Positions 13,658 to 26,150 are shown, numbered from the stretch's first letter. The stretch: DNA of 64,000 bases from Octopus sinensis (GCF_006345805.1 NC_043005.1:92814001-92878000); one strand, 5' to 3'. Made by a program: numbers and translations. Notes: generated by a model not told the origin, from the sequence alone.

Positions 13658-14114
13658 AGCGGGGATACTTTTAATTTCACTCCTTTCAGGCTTTTTTTTT
13701 TCTATTTGCAAATATAAACACAAGTTTGTAATAATTATCAGTTTGGTCAGCAACATCAATGAAAACCCAGTGAAATATTAAAGTATTGTGTTTGGAAACA
13801 ATGTGTTAAACTGTTTAAATTTAAAAAATAACAGGAATTCAGACACACAAATCAGTATTAATTTTGTAGTTTAGTTTACTTTGCCATTTACCTTCTTCTT
13901 AGTGTCATCCATTCATTTATTATCCTGGTAAAATCTCACTTTCTAAGTTTCTGCATAGTTGAACTGTGTTATTTTGAAGAAAAGCTAGTTTTATTCAAAG
14001 CTTTCTTCGAAGAAAAAGAAAAAGCCCCCCACCCATCCACCCAATCCCATTTCATTTCTCTGGATTACTTGTGCTATCTTTATTTCATTCTACTCTGAAT
14101 TCCAATCTTCCAAA

Positions 14115-14271
14115 GTTATATATATTTGTGTATTTGTATGAGTGCATACATATATGTGTGCATGTGAGTGTATGCATATTTATTATGTGTATGTGATATT
14201 ACATACAAATATATATATATATACACACACACACATGTATGTATGTATGTATGTGTGTGTGTGTGCATGTT

Positions 14272-14307
<36 letters not shown>
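14115..14307. repeat. Compound TA/TG/CA microsatellite
   Basis: Directly visible. Confidence 0.9.
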
Positions 14308-14419
14308 AGAAAAATACAAAATAGGATAAGAATGCAAAACATCCAGATAGACAATACAAAGAAAACAAGGACGGGTCATTCGAAGTTTTCTTTTTTCAGT
14401 CAAGCACCAGATTATCCTT

Positions 14420-15000
14420 GCATGGTCTTTGCAGTACAGCAGGTACAAGAGAAGTGCCAAGAACAAAACCAGAACCTCTACATCTTTTTCATGGACCTCA
14501 CGAAAGCTTTTGACACTGCCAGCTGAGAGGGCCTGTGGGATATCTTGTCCAAGCTGGGCTGCCCACCAAAGCTCGTCAGGATCATCCAGTCATTTCATGA
14601 TGGCATGATGGCTCGCATGGTGGAAAACAGAGATGTCTCTGATCCATTCCTGGTCTCCAATGGTGTGAAGCAAGGCTGCATGATGGCTCCCACACTCTTC
14701 AGCCTCATGTTTGCCACCATGCTCTTCTGCACCCTGTCAAAGTCTGATGCTGGTGTCACTATTTGCTACAGATGTGATGTCTGACGGCAAAAACCAAAGA
14801 CTTGGACGCCCTAGTGAAGGACTTCCTGTTTGCAGAGGATTGTGCGCTTGCAGCATTAAATGAACCAGGTCTGAAAGAACTCACTGCTTGTCTCGCAGAA
14901 GCAGCAAAAGCCTTCGGACTGACCATTAGCCTGTGAAAAACTGAAGTGATGCTTCAGCCTGCACCTGGCCTTACACCTCCTGAGCCTCAGATCGAGAGCA
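14420..15000 (+). mobile_element. RTE-BovB-like LINE RT fragment
   Basis: MVFAVQQVQEKCQEQNQNLYIFFMDLTKAFD, KLGCPPKLVRIIQSFHDGM, NGVKQGCMMAPTLF, DFLFAEDCAL, FGLTISL*KTEVM are BovB-type RT motifs. The sequence is distinct from the other RTE family here. Confidence 0.85.
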
Positions 15001-16443
15001 CAACTCTGATAAACTATTCATATTAATTGAGGACAATTTAATTGCCTCTGCTCACTCCTTCAAATATGTCTTTGTGCTTAAATAAAAAAAATCATCATCA
15101 TCAGCATTGAGATAATAACTTTAATAATAATAATAATAATGGTTCATTTGAAGATCATTATTTCCTGTCCTCCTCCTCCTCCTCCTCCTCATTATATGTC
15201 TGTCTTTCAGTTCTGATTAGGTGAAGATTTTCAATTCCACTTATTCTAAGACCATATATGACTTGAACTCATGAACTTTGGCTCTGTGTCACTGGGTAAC
15301 AAACACCTGAACTAGAGTATATTTACAAGCTGACCTCAGAAAGGAAATAGATTCATATGGGACAATGAAAGGGTAACAGATCTGGGTAGCTGCTGTCTTT
15401 GTGAGAGAAGGAAAGGAAACAAACAAACAAACAAACAAAAAAAAACTTAATGGAATGTTGATAATTCTAACATGAAATGTAATTAAATACATCTTGATTA
15501 CTGCTGTTAGACTGATTGGTTTGACGTTGCACTGGCTGTGTGGTGAAAGTGTTGCACTTACAACATATGCATTACAGGTCCATGTCTTTGCTGTTGGCTC
15601 AGCATTAACGTATGACTGGCCAAGGTTTTTACTCCAATTATTTCACTTCACCAAGCCACGAAATTGATAAAAGAAAGAAAACTAATTTTTTTTTTACTGT
15701 TTCTTTTTTTTGGGGGGGGGGGAGGGGGGTCCATTTTCCTGTTCAACAATGAGTTCTTTGATTTTCATAATTCCATGGTTACAGAGATAAGTTCTAACAC
15801 AAAAAGTTATCAGTGGTTAGGAAAAAAGCTTATTTTCAGCATACATACCATCAAACTTTTGGTCAGAAAATATATATATAAGCCTTAGTATGGATAACTT
15901 CATCGAGATAATTAAGAGAGATTAGCATCTTACCTACGAATGAATGTTGTTGTAAAGCAAAATGAACGAAGGATAGAACCAAAGAATCATTGTGGCTGGT
16001 GGAAGGGTAGGACATTTAGATACCATAAAGCCTATATTAAACTATAATGTTTTATAAATCTGTGAAAGTAAACACATACACATAGAGTGTTCTAGTTAAT
16101 GTCTAAACACTTTGAACAAGATATGCAAGTCAATTATTAATATTTATATTTCTGTGTTCTGTTATCTGTATTGCATATTCAGGTCATTGCAATTTCTGAA
16201 CAGCTTAAAATACATTTATGTTCTTTTGCAGATTTATTTATATGTATGTACGAGCGTATTTATCTGTGTATGTCTCCTCACATACATATAAGCTACATTC
16301 AGTTTCTCTTAGGTTGTTTTAATAAATATCCATCATTATCATCTTCATCCTTTTAATATCTGTTTTCACACTTGCATGGGTAAGAGTATGATGGGGGTAG
16401 AGTTACCTACAGCTGGATGCCTTCCTTTCATCAGCCTCCAACA

Positions 16444-16965
16444 TGTACATACATAACAGAGTGTAAGAACGCTGAGAAAAAAGTTGGGCATAAGAGGCAT
16501 CAGATGCAGTGTGCAAGAGAGGTGACTGTACTGGTATGGATGAGGACAGCTGTGTGAGGAAGTGCCACTCCCTATCAAAGGAAGGTTAACTTTGTGTGTG
16601 GCAGATGCACAGGGGCAATAAACACTGAAGATGTACAGAAAACAGATTCTAACACATGCCAGTAAGAGTTGTTAATAGCTTCTGCTACCTAAGCGACCAA
16701 GTCTGTAATGGGAGTGGATGCTTTGAGAGTGTAGCAGCTAGAATAAGAATAGCCTGGGCAAAGTGTAGGGAGCTTCTGCCTCTGTAGGCAACAAAGTGCC
16801 TCTCGCTCAGGATGAAAGGTAGACTATATGATACATATGTGTGAACTGCCACTGCCATGCTACACAGCAATGAAACATGGGCCATGACTTCCAAGGACAT
16901 ACATAGGCTTGAAAGAAATGAAGCTAGTATGTTTCACTGGATGTTCAATGTCAGTGAGTGTACAT
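16444..16965 (+). mobile_element. RTE ORF2 3' fragment with circularly permuted block order
   Basis: 16444-16574 matches about 60461-60606 and 16575-16958 matches about 60063-60460 of the long RTE copy. Confidence 0.8.
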
Positions 16966-17178
16966 GATGCCAGTACTCCGTGACTGGCTCCTGTGCTGGT
17001 GGCATATAACAAGCACCCACTACACTCTTGGAGTGGTTGGTGTTAGGAAGGTCATTCAGCTGTAGAAACATTGCCAGATCAGATTGGAGCCTGGTGCAGC
17101 CTCCTGGCTTGCCAGTCCTCAGTCAAACCGTCCAACACATGCCAGCATTGAAAACGGACATTAAATGATGATGATGAT
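16966..17178 (+). mobile_element. RTE 3' UTR-derived short element (family C)
   Basis: GGTTGGTGTTAGGAAGG...CAGC...TTAAATGATGATG matches 61080-61276. Confidence 0.85.
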
Positions 17179-17182
17179 ATAT

Positions 17183-17243
<61 letters not shown>

Positions 17244-17270
17244 AATGCATGTATGTACATACCTACCTAC

Positions 17271-17306
<36 letters not shown>

Positions 17307-18206
17307 AGTCAGTTGCTCATAAGTCCAAAAAAAGCACACTAAAAAAATTCCTTTTGAGCAGTGATATTCTATGCAGTTGTTGATTATGGTGGTCAGAAAG
17401 TTACTGCTGGTTTCACATCTGTTATTGCACTTAGCAATATCGGTGACCCATCAGACCTATTGGCTGGATGCACATAACCACTTACTGATGGAAGTAAGAA
17501 ACAGTCTTGGTCAGCATGGTGGTGAAAAAAAGACCTTGAAACAAAATTCTTCAAAGCAGAAGTTCCATCTGGGACTGATGGAATTAATTCCCTTTGAACA
17601 GTTCCAGCTGTATTTGAAAAGGGTCACTTTATGTACATTTTCTGTTCACTAGCCAGCAAGTGGAGAAGCCCATTTTTTGAGCTTGACTTTCCTTGGAAGT
17701 CAATATTTTTCTTTTATTTATTATATATTTATTACACCTCTCCTCCTAACTTTTTTTTTACTTAGTTCCCTGGGAAGAAATTGGAATAATTTTTTCGTTT
17801 TGGCTCTACTTGCAAAAGTTCTGCTTGTTTTCTTTTCCTAGTCAATGTACTCATTAGTTCAACTTTCCTTGAGGTACCGGGACATCAAAAATGTCATAAA
17901 GAAATTCCATTGGTCCTTCATGTCTTACTCTTTCTTCCATAAACCTTTTGTTCGGTTGGTTTAAATGTCTTTTGTGTTCCCACGTTTGACCTTTTACCAT
18001 TTACATTATTTTCCCTAAATGTTTACGTATTATACCTTCTTCCCAAAACTTTCTTCTCCATTTCTGCATATCTTAAAAAACACCTTCCCACCTACTCATA
18101 CCTTAAGAGTATGTCCTAATAGCTCACCACCATCATCTTTATCTTTCTTTCCAGTTACTTTTAACCATCTTTATAAAATGCAAGGCAGCCATCATTCTCC
18201 TCTGCA

Positions 18207-18565
18207 TTTTTTCAGTCTGTGGAGAAATGGCTAAAATTTGCCCTGTTTATAATTATACCATATGTTATGTGTATATTATATCATACCTTGATACTGTGTG
18301 GACTAAGATTCCTGTTGACAAGCCACTGGTATTTATAGAGTGCTAAACACGTTTGGTATGCAAATTAGGGACTCCTTCATAGAGTAACTGCTGCATTTGC
18401 TCAGTATATAAAAAGTTTGGCTACTTGTTTCTCTGGAGACTGTTAGAATGATGTAGACACCTCTGATGAGAACCCAATAAGGTTCAAAAATCGATTAAGG
18501 TTGTTCATTGTTTTTTTTTTCAGTCTGTGGAGAAATAGCTAAAATTTGCCCTGTTTATAATTATA
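18207..18565 (+). mobile_element. Terminally redundant 308-bp unit carrying a hammerhead (retrozyme or Penelope pLTR-like)
   Basis: 51-bp direct repeat at 18207-18257 and 18515-18565 (one mismatch), with a hammerhead inside, ending in a (TA)n tract. Confidence 0.65.
18459..18501 (+). ncRNA. Minimal type-I hammerhead motif H2 (G12 to A)
   Basis: ACCU-CUGAUGA-GAACC-CAAUAA-GGUUC-AAA-AAUCGAUU-A-AGGU. Stems I and II are perfect and stem III is the palindrome AAUCGAUU. Confidence 0.7.
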
Positions 18566-18573
18566 TATATATA

Positions 18574-18611
<38 letters not shown>

Positions 18612-18636
18612 AGTAGCAGGGAGGTAACCGGTGTCA

Positions 18637-18893
18637 ATACATTATGGCCATTTCAAGCAGCTCCATTTACTTGATTTTCTAAAATCATTCAGCCAGAAAT
18701 ATTACATAACAAAACAATGTGATTATTCTGGTTTTGGTTTCTATTATTGATGTAAATTTTCAAAAAAAATGGTTTATTCTTTGTGTTTGAAGTATATATG
18801 GTCATCTGCATCTGAAGAGAGCAGTTTCTTTCAAATTAATGTAATGTTTTCATTGATCAATTAAATGGAGCTGCTTGAAACAGTCGTACTGCA
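18637..18893 (+). mobile_element. Hammerhead-bearing element with an inverted partial copy at its 5' end
   Basis: 18637-18675 is the reverse complement of about 18855-18893 (TTTCAAGCAGCTCCATTTA versus TAAATGGAGCTGCTTGAAA). Confidence 0.6.
18807..18893 (+). ncRNA. Type-I hammerhead motif H3, core intact
   Basis: UGCAU-CUGAAGA-GAGCAG-(46 nt)-CUGCUU-GAAA-CAGUCG-UA-CUGCA. Stem II has 6 bp, the cleavage triplet is GUA, and the 1.1-2.1 pair is mismatched. Confidence 0.65.
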
Positions 18894-19022
18894 TCACTTC
18901 TTGATATCCTGTTGTTTATTTTGATTTTATTCACCTTACTTCAAGCTGTGTGGATAATACCAAACTGACTTGGTGCTTCAACTTAATTAATTCAACTAAA
19001 TCTCAATTATATACATGGATAT

Positions 19023-19278
19023 ATCATCATCATCATCACAATCATTGTTTAGCATCCGCTTTCCATGCTAGCATGGGTTGGATGGTTCAACTGGGGTCTG
19101 GGAAGCCAGAAGGCTGCACCAGGCCCAGTCTGATCTGGCAATGTTTCTACGGCTGGATGCCCTTCCTAACGCCAACCACTCCGTGAGTGTAGTAGGTGCT
19201 TTTTACGTGTCACCGGCACAGGTGCCAGACGAGGCTGGCAAATGGCCACAATCGGATGGTGCTTTTTATGTGCCACAT
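19023..19278 (-). mobile_element. Family C (RTE 3' UTR) short element
   Basis: Reverse complement of 61040-61276, with a 20-nt non-matching insert near the (CAT)n tail. Confidence 0.85.
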
Positions 19279-19671
19279 ATATAATTATTACTTATTATAT
19301 ATTGACCATTCATTTTTATACTCTTTGAGATCTGGTTATATGTTTTATAAAAATATATATTATTTGTTATTTATGTTTTGGTTTATGTCTATCACTGTTT
19401 GAGTTGCATAATAATGGTTCTATCTCTAATTTATATATATATATATTTGTGTGTGTAATTGACACTTCAAATCTGATTAAGTAATAGTTTTTCCTTAAAT
19501 TATACTTATTAAAGTACAGAAGAATGTATTGAGTTTATATTAAATTTGTTTTAATTTAGTCGCAAAATGTATTACCTTTGATATGTTAATAACAATTTGT
19601 TATCTTTAGATATATGCTCTGCCATGCTTTTGTTTGGCTGTCCATAATATGTAAATTGAAAGTGAACACAT

Positions 19672-19799
19672 TGACCCCAGGACTTATTCTTTGTAAGCCT
19701 AGTATTTATTCTATCGGGGTCCTTTGCCGAACTGCTAGATTACGGGGATGTAAACACACTAGAATTGGTTGTCAAGTGATGGTGGGGGGACAAACACAG

Positions 19800-19815
<16 letters not shown>
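19672..19815 (-). mobile_element. SINE family A 3' half
   Basis: GACCCCAGGACTTATTCTTTGTAAGCCTAGTA...GGTTGTCAAG is the reverse complement of 45460-45570. Confidence 0.85.
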
Positions 19816-20075
<260 letters not shown>

Positions 20076-20076
20076 A

Positions 20077-20230
20077 TGTGGGCATGGCTGTGTGGTTAGG
20101 GAGCTTGCTTTCTAGCTACATGGTTTCGGGTTCAGTCCCACTACGTGGCACTTTGGGTAGGTGTCTTTCACTATAGCCCCGAGCTGACCGGAGCTTTGTG
20201 ATTGAATTCGGTAGGTGGAAGTTACTGCCG
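20077..20230 (+). mobile_element. SINE family A head and body
   Basis: GGGCATGGCTGTGTGGTTAGG...GGGTTCAGTCCCACTACGTGGCAC...CTATAGCC. Confidence 0.8.
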
Positions 20231-20279
20231 TGTGTGCATATGTGCGTGTAGGTGCTTGTGCTTCTCCCAAAGAGAGAGA

Positions 20280-20498
<219 letters not shown>

Positions 20499-21283
20499 AG
20501 GTTAAATCTTTTATTTAATGGCAGCTTAACTAATGGCAAGTAAATCCAGTATATTTCTATTGCTCTGAAACATTTGTATTGTAGTCACACACGTACACAC
20601 ATACATGCTCACACATGTACACACATACATGCTCACACACGCACACACATGCATGCTCACTCACACATGCACACACACATCACACACACACTTGTTGCTC
20701 GAGGGATGGCTTTTCTAAATAACAGCAACTTGCTTGTTGAGAGGAAAATGTCTTTGATTATATGCAGTGAAGTGGTCTTGTGGTTGCTGATATTCTTGGT
20801 CATTGCACCATGGCAACCAGGGGCTGGCATATACAGTTCTACTTTCAGCAGTCCAACTTCTGCTAGACACTTGCCACTAATTCCAGTGGTTGTTCCTCTG
20901 CCCCTAAACCAGTGGCAAGTCATTTTCATATTCATTATGATCAACTTAGTAACTATTTGTAGAGATTTGCTTTAATTTCTTTTTCATTACATGATTCCTC
21001 ACCACCACCACCACCACCACCACCGCCGCCGCCATGAGAATAATAACTGTTGTTGCTTTAGAAACTGTTTGCCGTGTTTACACATTGTGTTAATTTTTAT
21101 AACTGAGAAATGACTGAATCAGATGGATTTCTCGGCTGATGATAGGGTGCGATGGAAATGATTTTTATTCTTCATTTGAACCACACAATACTTTGTAGGG
21201 AGACAGACAGACAGAGAGTCTGTAGTAAATATTTCTATTCATGTATAAAGATGGTGATACACTATATATCGAATACATGGCTG

Positions 21284-21327
<44 letters not shown>

Positions 21328-21868
21328 TATGTACGTATGTATATACATGTGAGAAATTATAGCATTGTACACACATCATATACTATATATTAGTGCATGT
21401 ATGAATATTTGTATCTATGCATGTATGTATCCATGTTTGTGTGTGTGTGTGTATATGTGTGTGTATATATTATCAATATGTAAAAGTAAGATTCAAGGAT
21501 AGAAGTGTAGGAAGTTTGTAAGCTTTGAACAATGTTTGAGATCAATAATTATTTATTGGCGTTGAAAGTTGTAGACTTTTCTCATTTCAAAGTTCAATAA
21601 GCTGAAAGAATTTTTGTATATCACATTGTTGATAACTAGAGTTGCTATGAATGTGAATAAAAATCCAAATTGAGAAAGTGGAATAGGTAAAACCAAGGCC
21701 ACATCAGGAGATCTGCCAGCTAGGAAATAATTGCAACCTGGATTTTACCTGATCTGTTCCCTCAATTTGGATATATATATATTTTTTTTTAAATGTAACT
21801 ACATGTGGATCATTGGCGATTTTTTTCCCTCCATCTTCCTTTTCTTTTGGACTTTCCTTTGTCTCCTA

Positions 21869-21901
21869 TTTCTGAAGAAGAGCTTTGCTTGAAACATGAA
21901 A
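21869..21901 (+). ncRNA. Decayed minimal hammerhead motif H4
   Basis: UUU-CUGAAGA-A-GAGC-UUU-GCUU-GAAA-CAU-G-AAA. ACAU is interpreted as decayed ACGU, and the residue at the cleavage position is G. Confidence 0.5.
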
Positions 21902-23574
21902 CTGCCTCTCTTTCCTTCCTTGAGCATCTGCTAATTCTTTACATGTACCACGTCCTCATGCTGTTTTTTCCTTGTGTTTTTCTTCATTTTTCTGGATTAT
22001 ATATATGTATATATATATATAGCAGTGCTCCTTACTCATAGAAGGACCCCCCCCCCCCACCTATTGGTAACTCTTTCAGGTCATGTACTCCTTAGTATAT
22101 GCTCTTGTTTTCTCTAGTGGAAGATTCTAAGTTGTATTTTGCAATTCCTGTCTAGAGTTCATTTTTCATGGCAATAGATGAATGTCAACATCCTCACAGC
22201 TTTCCACAGAATCAGTTGATAAAAGATGCAGAAGATAAAAAGATGCAAAAACATGTCCCAAAGTACATAAACAACATGGGTTTTAAGAAAACTTAATATT
22301 AAATTTATTAGGCAAACACCAGTTTTGTTGATTGTGAATATACCAAAAACAATATTCGTTATATAAGTGCACTAAAATATCTGTATAAAAATAAAAATTG
22401 AACATATAATTTTCCATGCTCTGGTGATTAAGGTAACTTCAAGCAGTCACGGAATATATATACACGTGACTTGGTGAAATAGCGACCATTCCATTTAGTT
22501 GCTTTTCCTTCCATCAGTCATTTAACTTTGAGATTGTTCAGGTGTCTTTTTGGAACAACAAAAAACATGGGAAACAATACCAAACCTTAGCTTAGTGAAC
22601 ACAACACAATGGCTGTTGTCACTAATATGCTAACTTAAACTCAAACAAACTTTACTTCAATATAAGTGTTTCTAGGTTGAAGTAACACAATTTTCAACAA
22701 TTAGTCTTTTATATCATTTCTTATTTAATCTTATTATGCACAAGTTTTTTCCTGATTTTATGATTTATCACAACAATCTACCCTACTAGCCAGGTGGTGC
22801 TATTAAGTTAGACATGGCCTGGGCCAATACTGGCCAAAACCTTTCTAAGTTATTCTAAGTTATTCTATCTCTCCTGTTTCAGGTTTTCACCACTGTCTTT
22901 TTCACATTTTACAATTTATTTTCATAGAAACTGTCCAGATTTTGGCTTAGCTTCAATGGAGTCTGTTAAGTTAGCACAAACCATCTTTATGCAGCCGCAT
23001 TATATTATGGATGTTGGATCTAAGTACAAAACATTTCGTTCCTATATTTATAACCTGATATAAATATATTGGGTTTTGAGCAAATGCTGCCACAAGTAGC
23101 AATGTCAGGCATCTTCTATATTCTTAATATAGCTGGTCATTATATTCTGTCTGAAACTATTAATACTAATGCTTTTGAGAGTGCTGGCTGGTTGGGTTGA
23201 TTGGGTGAGGAATTACCAGACAGTGTTAATTTGTAATATTCTTTTCGTAGCTGCTCTGTGTCTATGGGTAGGACACTTAACTTTTGTTAAATCAGTTCTT
23301 TTAGTTGCAAATGGAATCATGTGTAAATTTATTTAAAAAAAAAATGATGTTTCTTCATACCAAAATATATATGGCTTTGAAGATTAATGAGTTTTAGTGA
23401 GCTGCATGGAAAAGTGCCAAGAAATTTTAACTCCAATGCATTGAAAGCTCATCATCATCATTTAATGTCTGTTTTCCATGTTGGCATGGGTTGGACCACA
23501 TAGCATGGGGGTAGATCACTGGCATTTCTTATTTAAATGTAAAATATCAGATCCATAATTCAGGGAGAAATACC

Positions 23575-23700
23575 TACCGCCAGTCACAATCCCTGGTTTT
23601 GTGACACAAAGCTTCCTGTTTTAAAGTGATTGAAATTAAAATCTTCTATCAAAATTTCATGTTAATGCATTCCAAACAGCAGCTTATTAAAGGCAAAGTT
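23575..23700 (+). mobile_element. Partial copy of the TTAA-flanked MITE family
   Basis: GCTTCCTGTTTTAAAGTGATTGAAATTAAAATCTTCTATCAAAATTTCATGTTAAT resembles 37720-37800 and 47890-47960. Confidence 0.6.
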
Positions 23701-23955
23701 CCATCCATCTTTTCCACCCACTATTCCATGAGGATGGGTGTGGTAGTAGAGTCCTTAGGCAGCTCCTCTTTAGGGTGTTATCAGAAGCAACCATCATTTG
23801 ACTTTCTGGCTGGATTCTCAAGTGAGACTGAGATCTCCTTCTCGGTCCACCCCCAGATCTCCTGTCAGTTGGCCCAGCTTGAAGAATCTGGTCTTGCAGT
23901 TCTTTCCTGCAACATTCTAATCACATGCTGAGACCTCACAATGCAGAAAAGTAGT
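23700..23955 (-). mobile_element. RTE-like ORF2 3' end fragment
   Basis: HVIRMLQERTAR... peptide on the minus strand resembles the RTE C-terminal HV.RM..R motif. Confidence 0.45.
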
Positions 23956-24699
23956 AGTTGACCTGGAGAGATTCTCTGATTTCTGAACAATGCACTTTGT
24001 CATATAGAGCTACTCCAGAGATTTTTCAGAAGACCCCTATTTCAGCAGATTGTATTTGCAATTGTAATATATTTCAAAGGAAATAAGGCAACAAAATGGT
24101 TAACTTTCTGAGAAGGCATTGATGTAATAATGAATTGGATAGAATTTTTACAATTTTCAGCAGAGAGATAGAAAGTCTTTATTTTGTTATCTTCAGATCT
24201 TTGGAAAATGATAATAATTTTTTTGTTTAAGACATTATAATATATTGTGCAAAAGGTACGTTAACTTTTCTGGCAACAACACAGTATTATATCAAGCCAG
24301 CTTTCAGTGAATTGGTACAAAAATAAAACAAAATGACCCCTATGATCAGGTTACTCATAATTGTTATGGATTAATAGCTTGCTGTTACGCATATACATTG
24401 ATTAATACCCAAGTAGGCCTCTCTCTAAACTTACTTCATTTCATCATTCTAAGAACTGGTGGGATTTTTGTTTTATATTTTTTTATGGAAGCCATCTATA
24501 ATTCCAGCCAACTATATACCATGCCTAATGTGATTCTAATCAAACAGCAATCTTTGTGTGTGTATGTGTTTGTGTGTGTGTATATGTGTGTGTGTATATG
24601 TGTGTGTGTGTATGTTTTCACTTAACATAAGCTAAACCTTAGAAATTCTTCTTTTTTTCCCCTTTATACTACTAATTGTTATACCTGAACTTAACATAA

Positions 24700-26150
24700 T
24701 TAAGGCTACTGTATTTACCTTTAGTGAAACACTTTATTCTGCTTGTCGTGTGACAACTAGGATACTCCGGTTCGAATGATAAATGATTAGTTTTAGAAAA
24801 GGCATCCATTTTCAAGTGTATTTTATCCAATAATTCTCGTTCAAAAGTTTGGATTCCAACCAATGTTCACATGAAGAAATAAAGATGTCAGACTAATGAA
24901 AGTAAGTCTCTAGCTTGTAATGTTTCCTTGAATCAGAACTGAAGACTTCTTCATCATGGAATTTGTTGAGAGAATGTCAGTTTGGTGAAGTCAGCTTCTC
25001 CAGGTCATCGATCAAGACAGAGTATTACTGGTACATAAGGAGAAGGAGGGGGAGAAGGAGGAGGAGAAGGAGGAGAAGAAGGAGAAGAAAAAGAAGGATG
25101 ACGACAATAACTATAACAATAATAATGTAATATTTTATCCAAAGAACAGTTGAATATATTGTTAGAAATTATGTTTGTAAAATTTGTTGAGAAGGAAGTG
25201 TGATTGGTAATGTAAGAAACGCCTTGGCCAGTCATCAATATAGAATTGTTTTTAATTGATAACGAAGATTTGAATTAGTGAGTTTCAATGATATTCTTAA
25301 TAATTTATTAGTTAATAGTTATATCATTGACAAAGTTATATTATAGACAAGTAAAGTTCTTAAAAGAATTGGTTTCTAATATTAATCCCAAAAGCCGTTG
25401 AGTTAGTTTGTTGGCAACTTTGATCAGCAATTACAAAAATCTAATGAACGTCATGCAACAAGTTTTCATCAGTGAGGTTGACCGTAACTTATTGGATGAA
25501 GGAAGACTTTGACATCTTGTTTAGAACATTTGCATCACAGTTTTACTGAGCTTCCTTTCGTAAATTAGTATCTCAAACAGATGAAATCCATTTGGTCACT
25601 GACACCCAGGCTAAACACGAGGAAGACTTAATGATATCACAAATGAGAATGACAGCTGGTATGATCTTTCTTTTGGTTGAAGACAAATTCTCACTCAACA
25701 TGTTCTAGAAATCAAACTAGAATGAGCTCTAGAGGAATCATTATTTATTGTAGCCAAGGTCTGTAATCACTGCATTGGATACAAAAACTGTGGCAGGCAA
25801 CGAGACTATTGACTAAGATCCAGTCGCCCATGTATTTGAATTAGTTTGGTAAAGCACCATAAACCAACAATGTCTTTTCTCACAATTTGTTATGAATTTG
25901 GCCAGTATACTGGAAAGGTGTCCATTTCTTAAGAATAGAACTTTTGGTAGGATACTCTCTGTATTTCAAATGGTCAATAATGCAACCAGTCAAAATAGGT
26001 TGTTAAATTCATACTTGCAATGATCATGGATTGCTGGAAAAGTAATTTTTGTTTCCTAAAGTGTTGAGACTTGATTGGACGATTGCATCTATGGCTGAGG
26101 CCAAAGTCATCTTGGTTTAGTAAAGCATTGATAGCATGGTAGGATCAACT
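24700..26150 (-). mobile_element. Decayed Penelope-like element (RT and GIY-YIG end remnants), interrupted by a (GGA)n tract
   Basis: Minus-strand peptides NGHLSSILAKF (compare MG.PLSP.LAN), FKYMGDWILVN (compare RYVDDIL), FLEHVE (compare FLD) and LESKLLNENYWIKYT (compare E..WI..L.T). All are degenerate. Confidence 0.4.

Noticed and set aside
16620-16655. CUGAAGA-UGUACA-GAAA hammerhead-like string
   Set aside because: It lies in RTE coding sequence with no stem I or III pairing, so it is coincidental.
17375-17520. Hammerhead in the repeat shared with about 47395-47480
   Set aside because: A CCATCAG/CTGATGG stem exists, but six bases separate it from GAAA and stem I does not form. It is recorded only as an unclassified repeat.
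18637-18893. Tc1/mariner MITE
   Set aside because: The apparent TIR is the 3' half of a hammerhead whose 5' half lies inside the element, and no clean TA TSD is present. It is not fully excluded.
24672-24863. Host exon with an AAG/GTAAAT donor on the minus strand
   Set aside because: An overlapping frame gives a Penelope endonuclease-like motif in line with the upstream RT remnant, which is the simpler explanation.
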